This document shows positions 48,266 through 57,859 of a DNA stretch of 64,000 nt, piece after piece. Both the position numbers and the translations under genes were made by a program. The first letter of the stretch is position 1. Every line of letters begins with the position of its first letter. Under the pieces are notes generated by a model, which was given only the letters and a program-made list of their open reading frames with translations, did no database searches and was not told the DNA's origin. The DNA is from a virus: positions 131,164 to 195,163 of the IMG/VR virus record IMGVR_UViG_3300032315_001604. The stretch is one strand, 5' to 3'.

Positions 48266-48805
48266 ATGTCTATTATAAATGCACCAGCAGATCAGTGTTC
48301 AGGATATGGTTTAATCGAACTTTTAAAAGATAAAGGTAAAATTAAAGGATTAGAAATAGGTTGTGCAGAAGGCACAACATCAGAATTTTTATTAAAAAGT
48401 TTACCAGATTTAGATCTTTGGGGTGTTGATCCGTATGAAGATTATACGGATTGGAACGGAAACCATTTAGATAAATTAAATGAAAAATTTATTAATACTT
48501 TAAATCTTCTAAAACCTTTTGAAAGTCGTTTTAAATTAATAAGAAAATATTCTGATAATGCGGTTGGGGATTTTGAAGATGAAAGTTTAGATTTTATTTT
48601 TGTCGATGGTCTTCATACATACGATCAAGTTAAAAAAGATTTGGAGAACTTTTATCCTAAACTTAAAAAAGGTGGTTTGTTTTCAGGACATGACTTTCAT
48701 AACATTAAAGAGGTAAAAGATGCAGTTAAAGAATTTGCAATTCAACAAGGACTGCAACAAATCAATTCCACTCTTTATGATGTTTGGTATTGGTGGAAAA
48801 ATTAA
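48266..48805 (+). CDS. Class I SAM-dependent methyltransferase (Methyltransf_24-like)
   Basis: GLEIGCAEG, LWGVDPY, DFIFVDGLHTY..V..DL, LKKGGLFSGHD. Confidence 0.85.
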   Translation: MSIINAPADQCSGYGLIELLKDKGKIKGLEIGCAEGTTSEFLLKSLPDLDLWGVDPYEDYTDWNGNHLDKLNEKFINTLNLLKPFESRFKLIRKYSDNAVGDFEDESLDFIFVDGLHTYDQVKKDLENFYPKLKKGGLFSGHDFHNIKEVKDAVKEFAIQQGLQQINSTLYDVWYWWKN

Positions 48806-50142
48806 AGCTCTAAAGGAGCATCAACACCAGTTAATTTATATTCGATTGCACGATATCTTGTGCTTTCTATTCTATCTATTTGTTCTGGCGTAAGAGCTTT
48901 TAATAATTTTTTGGAAGGATCTCTTGATTGACTTTGTGCTAAAATATTCAAGTAATCATTTTTTCTTTCTTTGCTTAATCTTAAGAAAGATGAAACAGGA
49001 ATGTCTTGACCCATAGAAATAAACTCATATTGATCTTTGTCATCCATTTGTAAGAAAGCTTCTTCATCAAAACTTCTTCCAAGTCTATCAAAGAAATTCA
49101 TCTTTTTGATTTCCGATTCACTTAATGGTTTATATACAAAAAGCTCTTTATGTTTTTTGATTGATGGAACCAATCTAACAATTTCTTCCCACTCTTTTCT
49201 TGCAGTTCCATTTGGTCTTGGAGTAATTTCAAACTCTCCGTCTTTTCTTCTTGCTACAGCACTCCATACATAAGGATCTGTATTATCTTTTTTCTTGTCT
49301 AATACAAAATAAAAACTTAAAGGTTGTTGGCTTCCAACTTTACCTTGTCTGTAAGAACTAAAATAATTTGTTACTCCTGAATTAAGAGGATAACTGATAC
49401 ACCAAGTAATTTGAGTGCCACCCAATCTTTTAGATACAGCATGACCAATATTGATTGATTTTCCTACATTATCAATATCCCAAATAGCAATTTCCTTATC
49501 TTCGTATATTGGATCAACTCCAACTTTAATGTTTTGACTTTCTTCTTCTGTTGCATTTTTAGCTTCTTCGTTATGAATAAATTCTGCAAAATCAAAAAAT
49601 TTATTATATAACCCTAAATCACTTGCACCTTCTACGTTTTGTTCTTTATACTCTAAAAATTTTTCATATGCATTGATGATTTCAGAATTTGGAAATCTTC
49701 CTTTTAATTCTTTAATCCATTTGGCAATAATACCAGAATCTCTTTTGCCTAAACTTTTATCTAAGTTTAAAAGTCTTTTTGTTTCATCAGAATCTTTTAA
49801 AATCTTTTGAGCATCTTCACTATTTAATTTTGCCAAGATCTTTTCCAAATCTTTTAAAGATTTAAATCCTTGAAAGTCTCTGGTTTCTGCTGCTCCTTTG
49901 TTTTTGAATTTAACAAACTCTTTATAAAGATTAATAATTTGATCTAAAGATAAATCTGACGATGAAACAAATTCTCCAAGTTTAATTGCATCGGATTTTT
50001 GTTTGGTTATATCGACTTCAATTAATTTTTTAATGTCTTCGTCATTAAGGTTCAAAGACTTTAATCTTTTTTCTGTCTCTGAAAGTCCTTCAGCAATAAG
50101 ACAATACAAAGATTCTAAAATTATTGTATCTTTATCTCTCAT
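48802..50142 (-). CDS. Probable internal head protein with leader motif
   Basis: MRDKDTIILESLYCLIAEG; WCIS..NYFSSY..FYFVLD domain. Confidence 0.6.
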   Translation of the reverse strand: MRDKDTIILESLYCLIAEGLSETEKRLKSLNLNDEDIKKLIEVDITKQKSDAIKLGEFVSSSDLSLDQIINLYKEFVKFKNKGAAETRDFQGFKSLKDLEKILAKLNSEDAQKILKDSDETKRLLNLDKSLGKRDSGIIAKWIKELKGRFPNSEIINAYEKFLEYKEQNVEGASDLGLYNKFFDFAEFIHNEEAKNATEEESQNIKVGVDPIYEDKEIAIWDIDNVGKSINIGHAVSKRLGGTQITWCISYPLNSGVTNYFSSYRQGKVGSQQPLSFYFVLDKKKDNTDPYVWSAVARRKDGEFEITPRPNGTARKEWEEIVRLVPSIKKHKELFVYKPLSESEIKKMNFFDRLGRSFDEEAFLQMDDKDQYEFISMGQDIPVSSFLRLSKERKNDYLNILAQSQSRDPSKKLLKALTPEQIDRIESTRYRAIEYKLTGVDAPLEL

Positions 50143-50143
50143 T

Positions 50144-51367
50144 TTATGCTAATTGTTTATCGTCTTCGTCTTCTCCAGAAATTTCTTTATCTTGATATTC
50201 TTCGACTTCTTCTCCTGTTTCAGGATCTAAACCAAATTCATCAGCCATATCTTTTATAATCTGATCGATAATAGATCTTGCTCTGCCACCACCAGCTTGA
50301 ACTTCTTTGAGATCTTCCATAGGAAGTTGCATTAACTGTTGATAGATATAATATTTGTGTTTGATAAATTGTGCAGGAATTAACTGTAATATTTGTTTAA
50401 CTTGTTCTTGAGCAAATCTTGCTTTTCTTGTTTCTCCTTCTAATGAAGCAGTTTTTTCTACGTTTCTTAATTCATCCATCATAGTAATGTATTGCATAAT
50501 ACCTTTTACTATTTCATGAATTAAGAAACTAAAAGTCATTGCTCTTGCTTTAACCACATATTTTCCTTCACCTTCTTCTCCTCTACCTTCTTCAGGTTGA
50601 GTTTCAGCACTTCCGAGTGCTGCGCCTGGAGTTTTTGCCGCCATACCTTCAATCCCTTGAGGTGCATAATAATACATGACTTGAACAATAGCAGATGCTA
50701 ATCCATACATGTTTGCCAAGTCTGGATTCATTTCATCAATTTGATCTCTGACTAAATTGTAAGAATACAAATGATTGAATGCTTCTCCATATTTTAAAAT
50801 ATCAGCAAAACTTTTTCTTTCTTTAATTTCTTCTTCTCCCATTATATTCATAGCCAATGCTATGTTTAGTTTTTCTTCATCTGACAAACCTTCACCTTCT
50901 ACAACAGGTTCATCTTGCTCGTCTTTTTGTTCTGCTTCTCTGACTTGTGCTTCTAAATCGGTAATTGCATTTTCTAATTCACCACCAGTTCCAGTAATTT
51001 TTGCATCGATCTTTAAAACACCATCAGCAATTGCTTCACGAACAGGTTGCATTTCATCTAAATTTAAAACCATTTTAACTGCAAGATCTTCTAACTTTTC
51101 TTTGTTCGCAGTTTCTATTCTTTTTATCTTATTTAAAAGATCTACTGCGGATGTTAATAAAGGATAGTTACCAAGCTCTTCAGGATTTTTACCAGTGTAT
51201 TGACACAATCTTTCAATTATCTTTTGATAGTTTTTAGAATAAAGCATATGCTTATATTCTTCTACTGCTTCGTCTTCTGTTAATTTATCTGGATTATAAA
51301 AGTTTGGATTACCTTCTCCAATATCAATCGCTTCGTTAATTTTTTTTAATACTTTATCAAATTTCAT
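50144..51367 (-). CDS. Probable internal head protein with leader motif
   Basis: MKFDKVLKKINEA; acidic; FLIHEIVKG segment. Confidence 0.6.
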   Translation of the reverse strand: MKFDKVLKKINEAIDIGEGNPNFYNPDKLTEDEAVEEYKHMLYSKNYQKIIERLCQYTGKNPEELGNYPLLTSAVDLLNKIKRIETANKEKLEDLAVKMVLNLDEMQPVREAIADGVLKIDAKITGTGGELENAITDLEAQVREAEQKDEQDEPVVEGEGLSDEEKLNIALAMNIMGEEEIKERKSFADILKYGEAFNHLYSYNLVRDQIDEMNPDLANMYGLASAIVQVMYYYAPQGIEGMAAKTPGAALGSAETQPEEGRGEEGEGKYVVKARAMTFSFLIHEIVKGIMQYITMMDELRNVEKTASLEGETRKARFAQEQVKQILQLIPAQFIKHKYYIYQQLMQLPMEDLKEVQAGGGRARSIIDQIIKDMADEFGLDPETGEEVEEYQDKEISGEDEDDKQLA

Positions 51368-51582
51368 AATTTTATTCCATGTCTTTTAGCAAAAGCATCT
51401 CTTTCTTTTTGAATTCTAGATTTTTTAGCATCAGGATTTGGGCTGTGTCCTGGCTTTGGTCTACGAAAAGGTGCTCTTTTTGGTTTTGTGTCAGGTTTTG
51501 TTGTAGGTTCTGTAGTAGGTTTCGTAGGAGTTTCTACTGGTTGCTCTTCTAAAACCTTTAAAATAAAATTTTCCAGATTCAT
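51364..51582 (-). CDS. Small probable internal head protein
   Basis: MNLENFILKVLEE; PTTKP repeats; TAAATA at 51591-51596 on the minus strand. Confidence 0.6.
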   Translation of the reverse strand: MNLENFILKVLEEQPVETPTKPTTEPTTKPDTKPKRAPFRRPKPGHSPNPDAKKSRIQKERDAFAKRHGIKL

Positions 51583-51642
51583 ATTAGATATATTTACCTT
51601 TTTTTTTCCAAAAAGATAATAATATATTGTAAATATATGTGT

Positions 51643-52962
51643 ATGAATTTCGATAAGCTTATTAAAAAATATATCACCGAGGCAGCAGGAGATATACCAC
51701 CAAACATTAGAGAGTTTGGAGGAACAGCACTCACACCATCTGGAGCATTAGGCTTATTCTTGGCAAAAAGAGACATCGAACAACTTTCAGCATCGCGTGG
51801 AAAAGCAAGAGAAGAAGAATCGGGTGAAACATTTCGTAAAAAACTTTTAGGATATAAAGCTGCAATCGCAGAAGGATATAAAAGATTAAAGGGAGAAAAT
51901 TTTACTGCAAAAGATGATTACGAAAAACAAGCAGTAGAAGAATTCAAAACATGGGGAATCGGGGAAGAAGCCGCTGAAGTACTTTATGTTTTAGGTGGAA
52001 AGATTGCCAAAAACCTTTGGAGCCTAAACGATTTAAATGCTACTCCTAAAGATAAAAAAATTCCTATCATTGACGAAAATGGTAATAAAGTAGCAGATTT
52101 AACTATACAAAGTGTTGCAAGAGAAGCACTTGATACTTTTTATGATCTTTACCAAGAAAACGCAGAACCAACACAAGTAAATGGTAAAACCGTTTTAATG
52201 TGGAAAGAATTAAGTCCTGCATTATACATGGAAAAGAAAGGTGATCCTATTATCTTTATTAAAGGAAAAGGGGAAGGTGAAGAATTAGAAACTACAAAAA
52301 TTGATCCAATAACAAGAGGACGTTTAGCTTTTAAACAACTCATTGACGTTTTAAGAAATTTTACAAAATCTTCAAAAATTGCAGAAAAAAATAAAATGTT
52401 TGGTTGGTCATTAACTACAAGACAAACTAAAGGATCAAACAACTTTTTTGCATTGGATGCACGTTCTACTCCTAATAATTGGATTATTTACACAAATAAA
52501 AAAGCAAAAGAAGGCGGTCCTTTAAGATCAATTTATGGTGCTATAGATAACAAGAAAAAAATCTATAGATTACAAAGTGATTATCCAGATGACACAAAGA
52601 ATAGAGCAAATACCTTACCTTTAAAGTTTGAGGGGGGTGTTCCTAAATTCGGAACTCAGTTGACAGAACCAGAAATGTATACAACGATTGAGCAATTCTT
52701 GAACATTATTGGTTATGATACAATTTATAATGCATTATATGCAAAGTATGTTGAAAAGAAAAAAGATTTTGTATTACCTAATGGTAACAAAATTGATTTG
52801 GAAAAATTAAAAGTTTCAGAATATCGTTTGACTGTTCCTTCTGTTGAAAGAAGATCAAAAGAAGAAACCGTAGCAAAAACAGGTTTAAGACCTGAATACA
52901 GACCAAAACCAATGGGCGAATCTTTGGAAGCAGCTTACGATCAAGTCTTAATCAAAGAGTAA
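51643..52962 (+). CDS. Probable internal head protein with leader motif
   Basis: MNFDKLIKKYITEA; TAAATA at 51630-51635. Confidence 0.6.
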   Translation: MNFDKLIKKYITEAAGDIPPNIREFGGTALTPSGALGLFLAKRDIEQLSASRGKAREEESGETFRKKLLGYKAAIAEGYKRLKGENFTAKDDYEKQAVEEFKTWGIGEEAAEVLYVLGGKIAKNLWSLNDLNATPKDKKIPIIDENGNKVADLTIQSVAREALDTFYDLYQENAEPTQVNGKTVLMWKELSPALYMEKKGDPIIFIKGKGEGEELETTKIDPITRGRLAFKQLIDVLRNFTKSSKIAEKNKMFGWSLTTRQTKGSNNFFALDARSTPNNWIIYTNKKAKEGGPLRSIYGAIDNKKKIYRLQSDYPDDTKNRANTLPLKFEGGVPKFGTQLTEPEMYTTIEQFLNIIGYDTIYNALYAKYVEKKKDFVLPNGNKIDLEKLKVSEYRLTVPSVERRSKEETVAKTGLRPEYRPKPMGESLEAAYDQVLIKE

Positions 52963-52970
52963 ATAATAAT

Positions 52971-53303
52971 ATGAAAAACAAAGACCAAATTTTTCTCGAA
53001 AGTTTATATAACAAAGTAATTCAAGAACAAATGGACGATATCGGAGATGATCAACTCGAATCAGAGTATGAACTTCGCACAGATGTCGGTGATGAAGAAA
53101 CTTCAATAGAAGATATTGAAGCCAAATTGGAGAATGAAAAAGGATCAGAAGAAGAAGAAGAAGAAACACCAGAAGTAGAAGGTGAAGCAGAAACTCCTTT
53201 GGAAAAGGAAGCAGAAGAAGAGCTTCCAGAAGATGCTCCAGATGAAGGATTAACAGACGATCAAGTTGATCTCTTCAGTCAATTAATCAAACAAGAAAAT
53301 TAA
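52971..53303 (+). CDS. Highly acidic probable internal head/core protein
   Basis: MKNKDQIFLESLYNKVIQEQ; very Glu/Asp-rich. Confidence 0.65.
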   Translation: MKNKDQIFLESLYNKVIQEQMDDIGDDQLESEYELRTDVGDEETSIEDIEAKLENEKGSEEEEEETPEVEGEAETPLEKEAEEELPEDAPDEGLTDDQVDLFSQLIKQEN

Positions 53304-54019
53304 TTTTTTAACTTAAAGAAATTACGGAAACTTTCTTTTACCGTAACTCCTGTGTGCCATTTGGCACGAATTGTTTTAGGATCTTTAATGTTCTTTAGAA
53401 TCTCTTCAGGAGTTTCATCAACATATGGCTGAACGAAGTGTGCAAATCTTGATGCCAATCTTGAATCTCTTGCAATAGCTTCAATCAAGTTTTTATCTAA
53501 GTCTTTATATTTTTTAATTCTGTTTTGTAATTGTTGGATAACAATATTGTATGCTGCTTGTGGATTATATTTAAGCAAGGCAACCATTTCATCTGGTAAC
53601 TGTACTCTTGGATTATCTTGTAAAATATTAACAGCAAATGATTGTGCATTAGCATCATCTTGCATGATAGCATTGAATATTTCTGCTTCTATTTCTGCTT
53701 CAGAATCTTCCGATAACACAGCCATTGCATAATCATAAGAACGAGAACCATTACTGGAAATTATATCTATAAGTTTTTTTGGAACTTCCAACCCCTTTAC
53801 CTTTAAAATTGCAGCGATAGTAACAAGTTTACCATAATTTGCAGTATTGGTTGATATAATATTCACAAGCACTTCAGGCAACTCATGATCATTTCGGACA
53901 AGAAACTTTGCATAGTCTGTTGCAGCGTCAAGTTTTTTTGAAAAGAGTTTTTCGATGATAGCAGGTTCTTGTTCGCTTTTTCTGCGAACTATTTCCATTT
54001 CGTAATTCGATAGAGCCAT
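53300..54019 (-). CDS. Helical-repeat protein
   Basis: Repeats of type SYDYA..VL, AQSFAVNIL, AAYNIV, ASRFA. Confidence 0.55.
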   Translation of the reverse strand: MALSNYEMEIVRRKSEQEPAIIEKLFSKKLDAATDYAKFLVRNDHELPEVLVNIISTNTANYGKLVTIAAILKVKGLEVPKKLIDIISSNGSRSYDYAMAVLSEDSEAEIEAEIFNAIMQDDANAQSFAVNILQDNPRVQLPDEMVALLKYNPQAAYNIVIQQLQNRIKKYKDLDKNLIEAIARDSRLASRFAHFVQPYVDETPEEILKNIKDPKTIRAKWHTGVTVKESFRNFFKLKN

Positions 54020-54069
54020 ATATATTATTTATCATTTTAATTAGCTAATACTAAGATAAATAATACATA

Positions 54070-54744
54070 GTGAGAACCCGCGACGAAAAAATTATAGGAC
54101 AAGTATATTTGAAAGAAAATGTGGAAAAACCATTGTATATGTGGTTGAGTGAAAGACTTGGAAAAAATCTTCCACAAGATGAAGGTCAAAGACCTTATCT
54201 TTTAAAATTATTAAAAACATTGATCAAAGACGAACAAAGCGCATTGAAAGGCAGAAAGAAAACTTTTCCAAAAGTTCCATTGACAAGACCAGTTTCTACT
54301 GCTAGTGTTGATATTAGTCCTGATTCTTTTCCTAAATCAACTTTAAAAAAAGAATCCAAAACATTGAGACAAGCATATCAAAATATGTATTTAAAAGAAG
54401 AAGAAGATCCAGCCGAATATCAATCAAAGTATTACGATGATAGTTATAAAAACTATGACGGCTTGAAAGATGATTTCAGAGTCGCTTATCAAGATCAAGA
54501 ATACTATGTTGATATCGCCTACGATATCGAAGAAATTTACCATGAAGGAGATGATGTTACTCCTCCAGATTGGGATTATGATGTGAAAGAATTAGAAGTA
54601 GTTTTTATCGCTTACAATGATCCAAATACTGACGAACAGGTTCCGCTTCAAAAGGAAGCAAATCCTGAACTCTGGAATGCAATTGCACAAAAGGCTGAAG
54701 GGGATTTTATGTCCGACTCTTCAAATTGGAATCCAAACGTCTAA
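54070..54744 (+). CDS. Probable internal head protein with leader motif
   Basis: MRTRDEKIIGQVYLKE and internal KTLRQAYQNMYLKEE; TAAATA at 54057-54062. Confidence 0.6.
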   Translation: MRTRDEKIIGQVYLKENVEKPLYMWLSERLGKNLPQDEGQRPYLLKLLKTLIKDEQSALKGRKKTFPKVPLTRPVSTASVDISPDSFPKSTLKKESKTLRQAYQNMYLKEEEDPAEYQSKYYDDSYKNYDGLKDDFRVAYQDQEYYVDIAYDIEEIYHEGDDVTPPDWDYDVKELEVVFIAYNDPNTDEQVPLQKEANPELWNAIAQKAEGDFMSDSSNWNPNV

Positions 54745-55139
54745 GGATAATTCAAAGTAATTGTCGGTTCAAGAAACTTGGCCGAAGAAATAAAGAGTTT
54801 TGGATAGGCTATTTCTGCAAGCTGTACAGGATCATACAAAGGATAAGCAGCCGCAACATAACTTCCCTTTGCAGGATCGTAAATGAATGTTATGTTTTTG
54901 TAAACGAATACAAGGATGGCATGACCGAGAATTGCCCCATTAAACTGTATGGCAATAATTCGACTCCAAAGATAAGGTTGTAATCTTTCATTTGCCTCTA
55001 TGATCATTTTATGATGTAAAGCATAGACAAGACATCCGTTTTCCAATTGATGAACAATTTTTACTTCTTTGTGCTGATGACCTAATACCAAAAAATAAAA
55101 AAGAAAAAACAAAACAAAAGCAGGTAAAAACTTCAGCAC
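54741..55139 (-). CDS. Membrane-anchored protein with Cys/His pair (papain/transglutaminase-like fold possible)
   Basis: Hydrophobic N-terminus; NGCLVYA..GHAILVF..IYDP. Confidence 0.45.
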   Translation of the reverse strand: MLKFLPAFVLFFLFYFLVLGHQHKEVKIVHQLENGCLVYALHHKMIIEANERLQPYLWSRIIAIQFNGAILGHAILVFVYKNITFIYDPAKGSYVAAAYPLYDPVQLAEIAYPKLFISSAKFLEPTITLNYP

Positions 55140-55157
55140 AAAAGTACTTACATACTT

Positions 55158-55850
55158 TTAAATCCAGTGTTTTAAAATTATCGGATCCTTGACACTATCC
55201 AAGGTTGGAGTGCCATGAAAGGCAAAGAAGGAAGTATCTTTCGGCACTTCAGGGTTTTTGATATCCTTGAAAAAATAAATTTTGTTTTCTGTATCCACAA
55301 GATCAGAACTGCTCCGAACTTCCCATTTGTAGCTCTTGACCCAATCGACAGGAAAGAATGTGGTTACTTCAAACAAAAGATCATCGATATAATCTTGATC
55401 ACTGCGATATGTTTTCATCAAACTTTGATTCAAGTTAACCAGATCCCAAACCTTGTCAAAGTTTCCCTTCCAGCGGAAAATATAATTGGCAAGTCCCTTT
55501 CTTTTGATGGGAGCAAGACAACTCATATAACAAGAAGAAGGTTCATGGGTAAAGAACTTGTCAATGTTATCGACAATCACCATATCCAAGTCGATATAAA
55601 GGTTGGTGTCCTTTTCATCAAAGAGTCCTTCCTTGTGCAAGTATGCCTTCCACCACCATGCTTTTATAAAAGGATAGTCCTTGACAGGAAGCTCATGGAT
55701 TATCATATCCCCATCCAAATAGGAATCGTCTTCTGTGAAACAGTGGAACTTGAAATCAATAGTCAAGTTTCTTTTACAGGCACGATAAAGTTTGTTGACA
55801 TAATCAGAGTTATATTTGTCTCCGACCTTTAAACAAACAACATTGTTCAT
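55158..55850 (-). CDS. GT-A fold glycosyltransferase (GT8-like); start moved to 55850
   Basis: NVVCLKVGDKY..YVNKLY, WWWK, LYIDLD, SDQDYI, FHGTP. Confidence 0.8.
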   Translation of the reverse strand: MNNVVCLKVGDKYNSDYVNKLYRACKRNLTIDFKFHCFTEDDSYLDGDMIIHELPVKDYPFIKAWWWKAYLHKEGLFDEKDTNLYIDLDMVIVDNIDKFFTHEPSSCYMSCLAPIKRKGLANYIFRWKGNFDKVWDLVNLNQSLMKTYRSDQDYIDDLLFEVTTFFPVDWVKSYKWEVRSSSDLVDTENKIYFFKDIKNPEVPKDTSFFAFHGTPTLDSVKDPIILKHWI

Positions 55851-55990
55851 AGAGGGAGCATCTTGAAAAGAAACATCAAACCTGTCATGACAAAGGCAAA
55901 GTACATGACCTTGGCATTTCCTGTCTGCGATGCGACCCAACCACAAACCAACCAGATGAAGATGAACAGCACAACAATCGGCTGTGCCAT
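55847..55990 (-). CDS. Small two-helix membrane protein
   Basis: MAQPIVVLFIFIWLVCGW..VMYFAFVMTGLMFLF; GAGGTG ribosome-binding site. Confidence 0.55.
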   Translation of the reverse strand: MAQPIVVLFIFIWLVCGWVASQTGNAKVMYFAFVMTGLMFLFKMLPL

Positions 55991-56039
55991 GAACACCTCT
56001 AATTTATCCCATTGATTATACATTGGATTATACATTGTG

Positions 56040-56399
56040 TTAACTCATCGGATGCTCTTGCACCCATTTGTTATTGATCGTAAAGATATCCTCAATCATG
56101 ACGAAATCATTGACAATCTCTACAATCGGATCTTCCTTGTGTTCCTTAACCTTACAGTAAGAAACCATACCCATAGACTGATTAGCCTTGATAAGCTCCT
56201 CAAACTGAGAAGCAATAGTCAAAGAAGGCATATCAAAATACTTTGTCTTACCTTGAACATAACACGGCTTTACTTTCTTATATCTCTTTTCCAATTCGGC
56301 ATAAGAACCGACATAGACAGATAGTTTATTTAACATATGGTGGACATTCTTACATACATTTATAAGGTTGTCAACATTATAAATGTGCTTACTTTCCAA
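56040..56399 (-). CDS. Hypothetical protein
   Basis: ORF packed between same-strand genes. Confidence 0.6.
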   Translation of the reverse strand: MESKHIYNVDNLINVCKNVHHMLNKLSVYVGSYAELEKRYKKVKPCYVQGKTKYFDMPSLTIASQFEELIKANQSMGMVSYCKVKEHKEDPIVEIVNDFVMIEDIFTINNKWVQEHPMS

Positions 56400-56976
56400 G
56401 AATCAAGTTCTCAGGATTGACCAAAAGCTGGCGAAAGTTTCGAAGTTTGCTTTGGATATAATCTATCTTGCTGTCGTGTTCAATACAGAACAAAGAGACA
56501 CGATCCCAAAAAGAAGAGGGTATTTGGTCAAAGATCTGAATGTTGGTTGATTCGGTATCCAAGGAAAGAAAATCAATATCATTCCCCCATTTTAAGAAAA
56601 ATTCCTCCGTAGAAACCAAATCCACGGTTATCTTTTTGTATTGTATGGCACTTCCCTTTTCCCATTTATCTTTATGTCCAAGATCCAAAGTACTGATGGC
56701 ATCTCCTTGCGAATCATAAAAATCTACCTTTCCATTATGACTACCAAGAGCACAATTAAATAACTGTATATCAGAACTATCCTTATAAACCTTTTCAAAA
56801 GAAGAAAAACAAACAGGGCTTGGTTCCACATAAATGCCCTTCCAACCAATCTCCACCAACTTTCGGGTATTAGATAAAGAAAAAGGATTATAACCCCCAA
56901 TATCCAAAAACTTTCCAATTTTTCCATCAAAGTAATTTAAAATAACTTCTTCTTCATTGTTCTGAGAATATTTCAT
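56389..56976 (-). CDS. FkbM-family methyltransferase; start moved to 56976
   Basis: YSQNNEEEVI..FLDIGG..SNTRKL..GWKGIYVEP, DFLSLDTE, LFCIEH. Confidence 0.85.
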   Translation of the reverse strand: MKYSQNNEEEVILNYFDGKIGKFLDIGGYNPFSLSNTRKLVEIGWKGIYVEPSPVCFSSFEKVYKDSSDIQLFNCALGSHNGKVDFYDSQGDAISTLDLGHKDKWEKGSAIQYKKITVDLVSTEEFFLKWGNDIDFLSLDTESTNIQIFDQIPSSFWDRVSLFCIEHDSKIDYIQSKLRNFRQLLVNPENLILGK

Positions 56977-57451
56977 ACCTATACTTAGATTTAATACAAC
57001 ACTATGTAAAAACACAACATGGTGTAGCATTACCACACTATATTACCTATCAAAAAAGAATAAGTATACATAGAATGAAAAAGAAAGAAAACCTACCAAG
57101 GATTCAATCTTTATAGTATTTCCTTTATAAGACAATAAAGAAATATAATTTCAAATCATTCTAACACTATGAATACAATCGGAGCATTTCTACTAATCTT
57201 CATGATTATTTTTACAATAAGCTATATATTTGAAGAAAGAAAATAAGGTAAAAAAGTCAAAAAAGTACCCAAAAAGTGGGGGAAAGTGGGCCAAAATGGG
57301 GGAAAAGTTAGGCCAAAGGCCCAAAAAAATTACCCCAAAATAAAAAGCCTTCTCTATAGAATAAGAGAAATAGATAAAATATAGGGATTTATAAGATGAA
57401 AAGGCTAGAAATAATCTACAGAGAGAAAAATAGGTTAGAGGGAAGGATGCC

Positions 57452-57558
57452 GAAAACCTTTTCGGGAACCCTCTCGGAAACCTTGTGAAAACCCTTTCGG
57501 AAACTTTATAAAACCCTTCTCGGAACCCTTTCGGAACCCTTTCGGAAACTTTATAAAA
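57452..57558. repeat. Cluster of about 6 AACC(C/T)..TCGG repeats and two CGGAAACTTTATAAAA copies
   Basis: Units near 57452, 57466, 57488, 57510, 57524 and 57535. Confidence 0.8.
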
Positions 57559-57771
57559 ATTAGTTGTCAATATAATTTTTAGAAAAAATTTCTTGAAAAA
57601 TTTTCTAAAATGTTTTGAGAACCCCCTCTCAAAAGGCTTTTGGTATATTTTTCTGTATCTTCTCAAGAATATACCCCTTTAGGAAAGGTGTCAAGGAGAA
57701 TCTTATAATCTTCTAAGAAGAAACTTATAATCTTCTAAAGGTTTTTAATGTTAAAAAATTTATTACATAAT

Positions 57772-57815
57772 ATGGTGTAGCAATACAACATGGTGTAGCA
57801 ATGCAACATGGTGTG
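57772..57815. repeat. Three 18-bp-period repeats ATGGTGT(AGCAAT), with a fourth copy at 57014-57029
   Basis: ATGGTGT starts at 57772, 57790 and 57808; ACAACATGGTGTAGCA is identical at 57014 and 57785. Confidence 0.8.
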
Positions 57816-57825
57816 AAAATACCGC

Positions 57826-57853
57826 TTGACGTATCCATACAGTATGTTATAGT
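57826..57853 (+). promoter_or_regulatory. Early sigma70-type promoter
   Basis: TTGACG-N16-TATAGT with TG extension. Confidence 0.75.
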
Positions 57854-57859
57854 AGGAGT

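Noticed and set aside
57193-57666. 157-aa minus-strand ORF
   Set aside because: It is an F/R/K-biased translation of purine-skewed repeats with no start signals.
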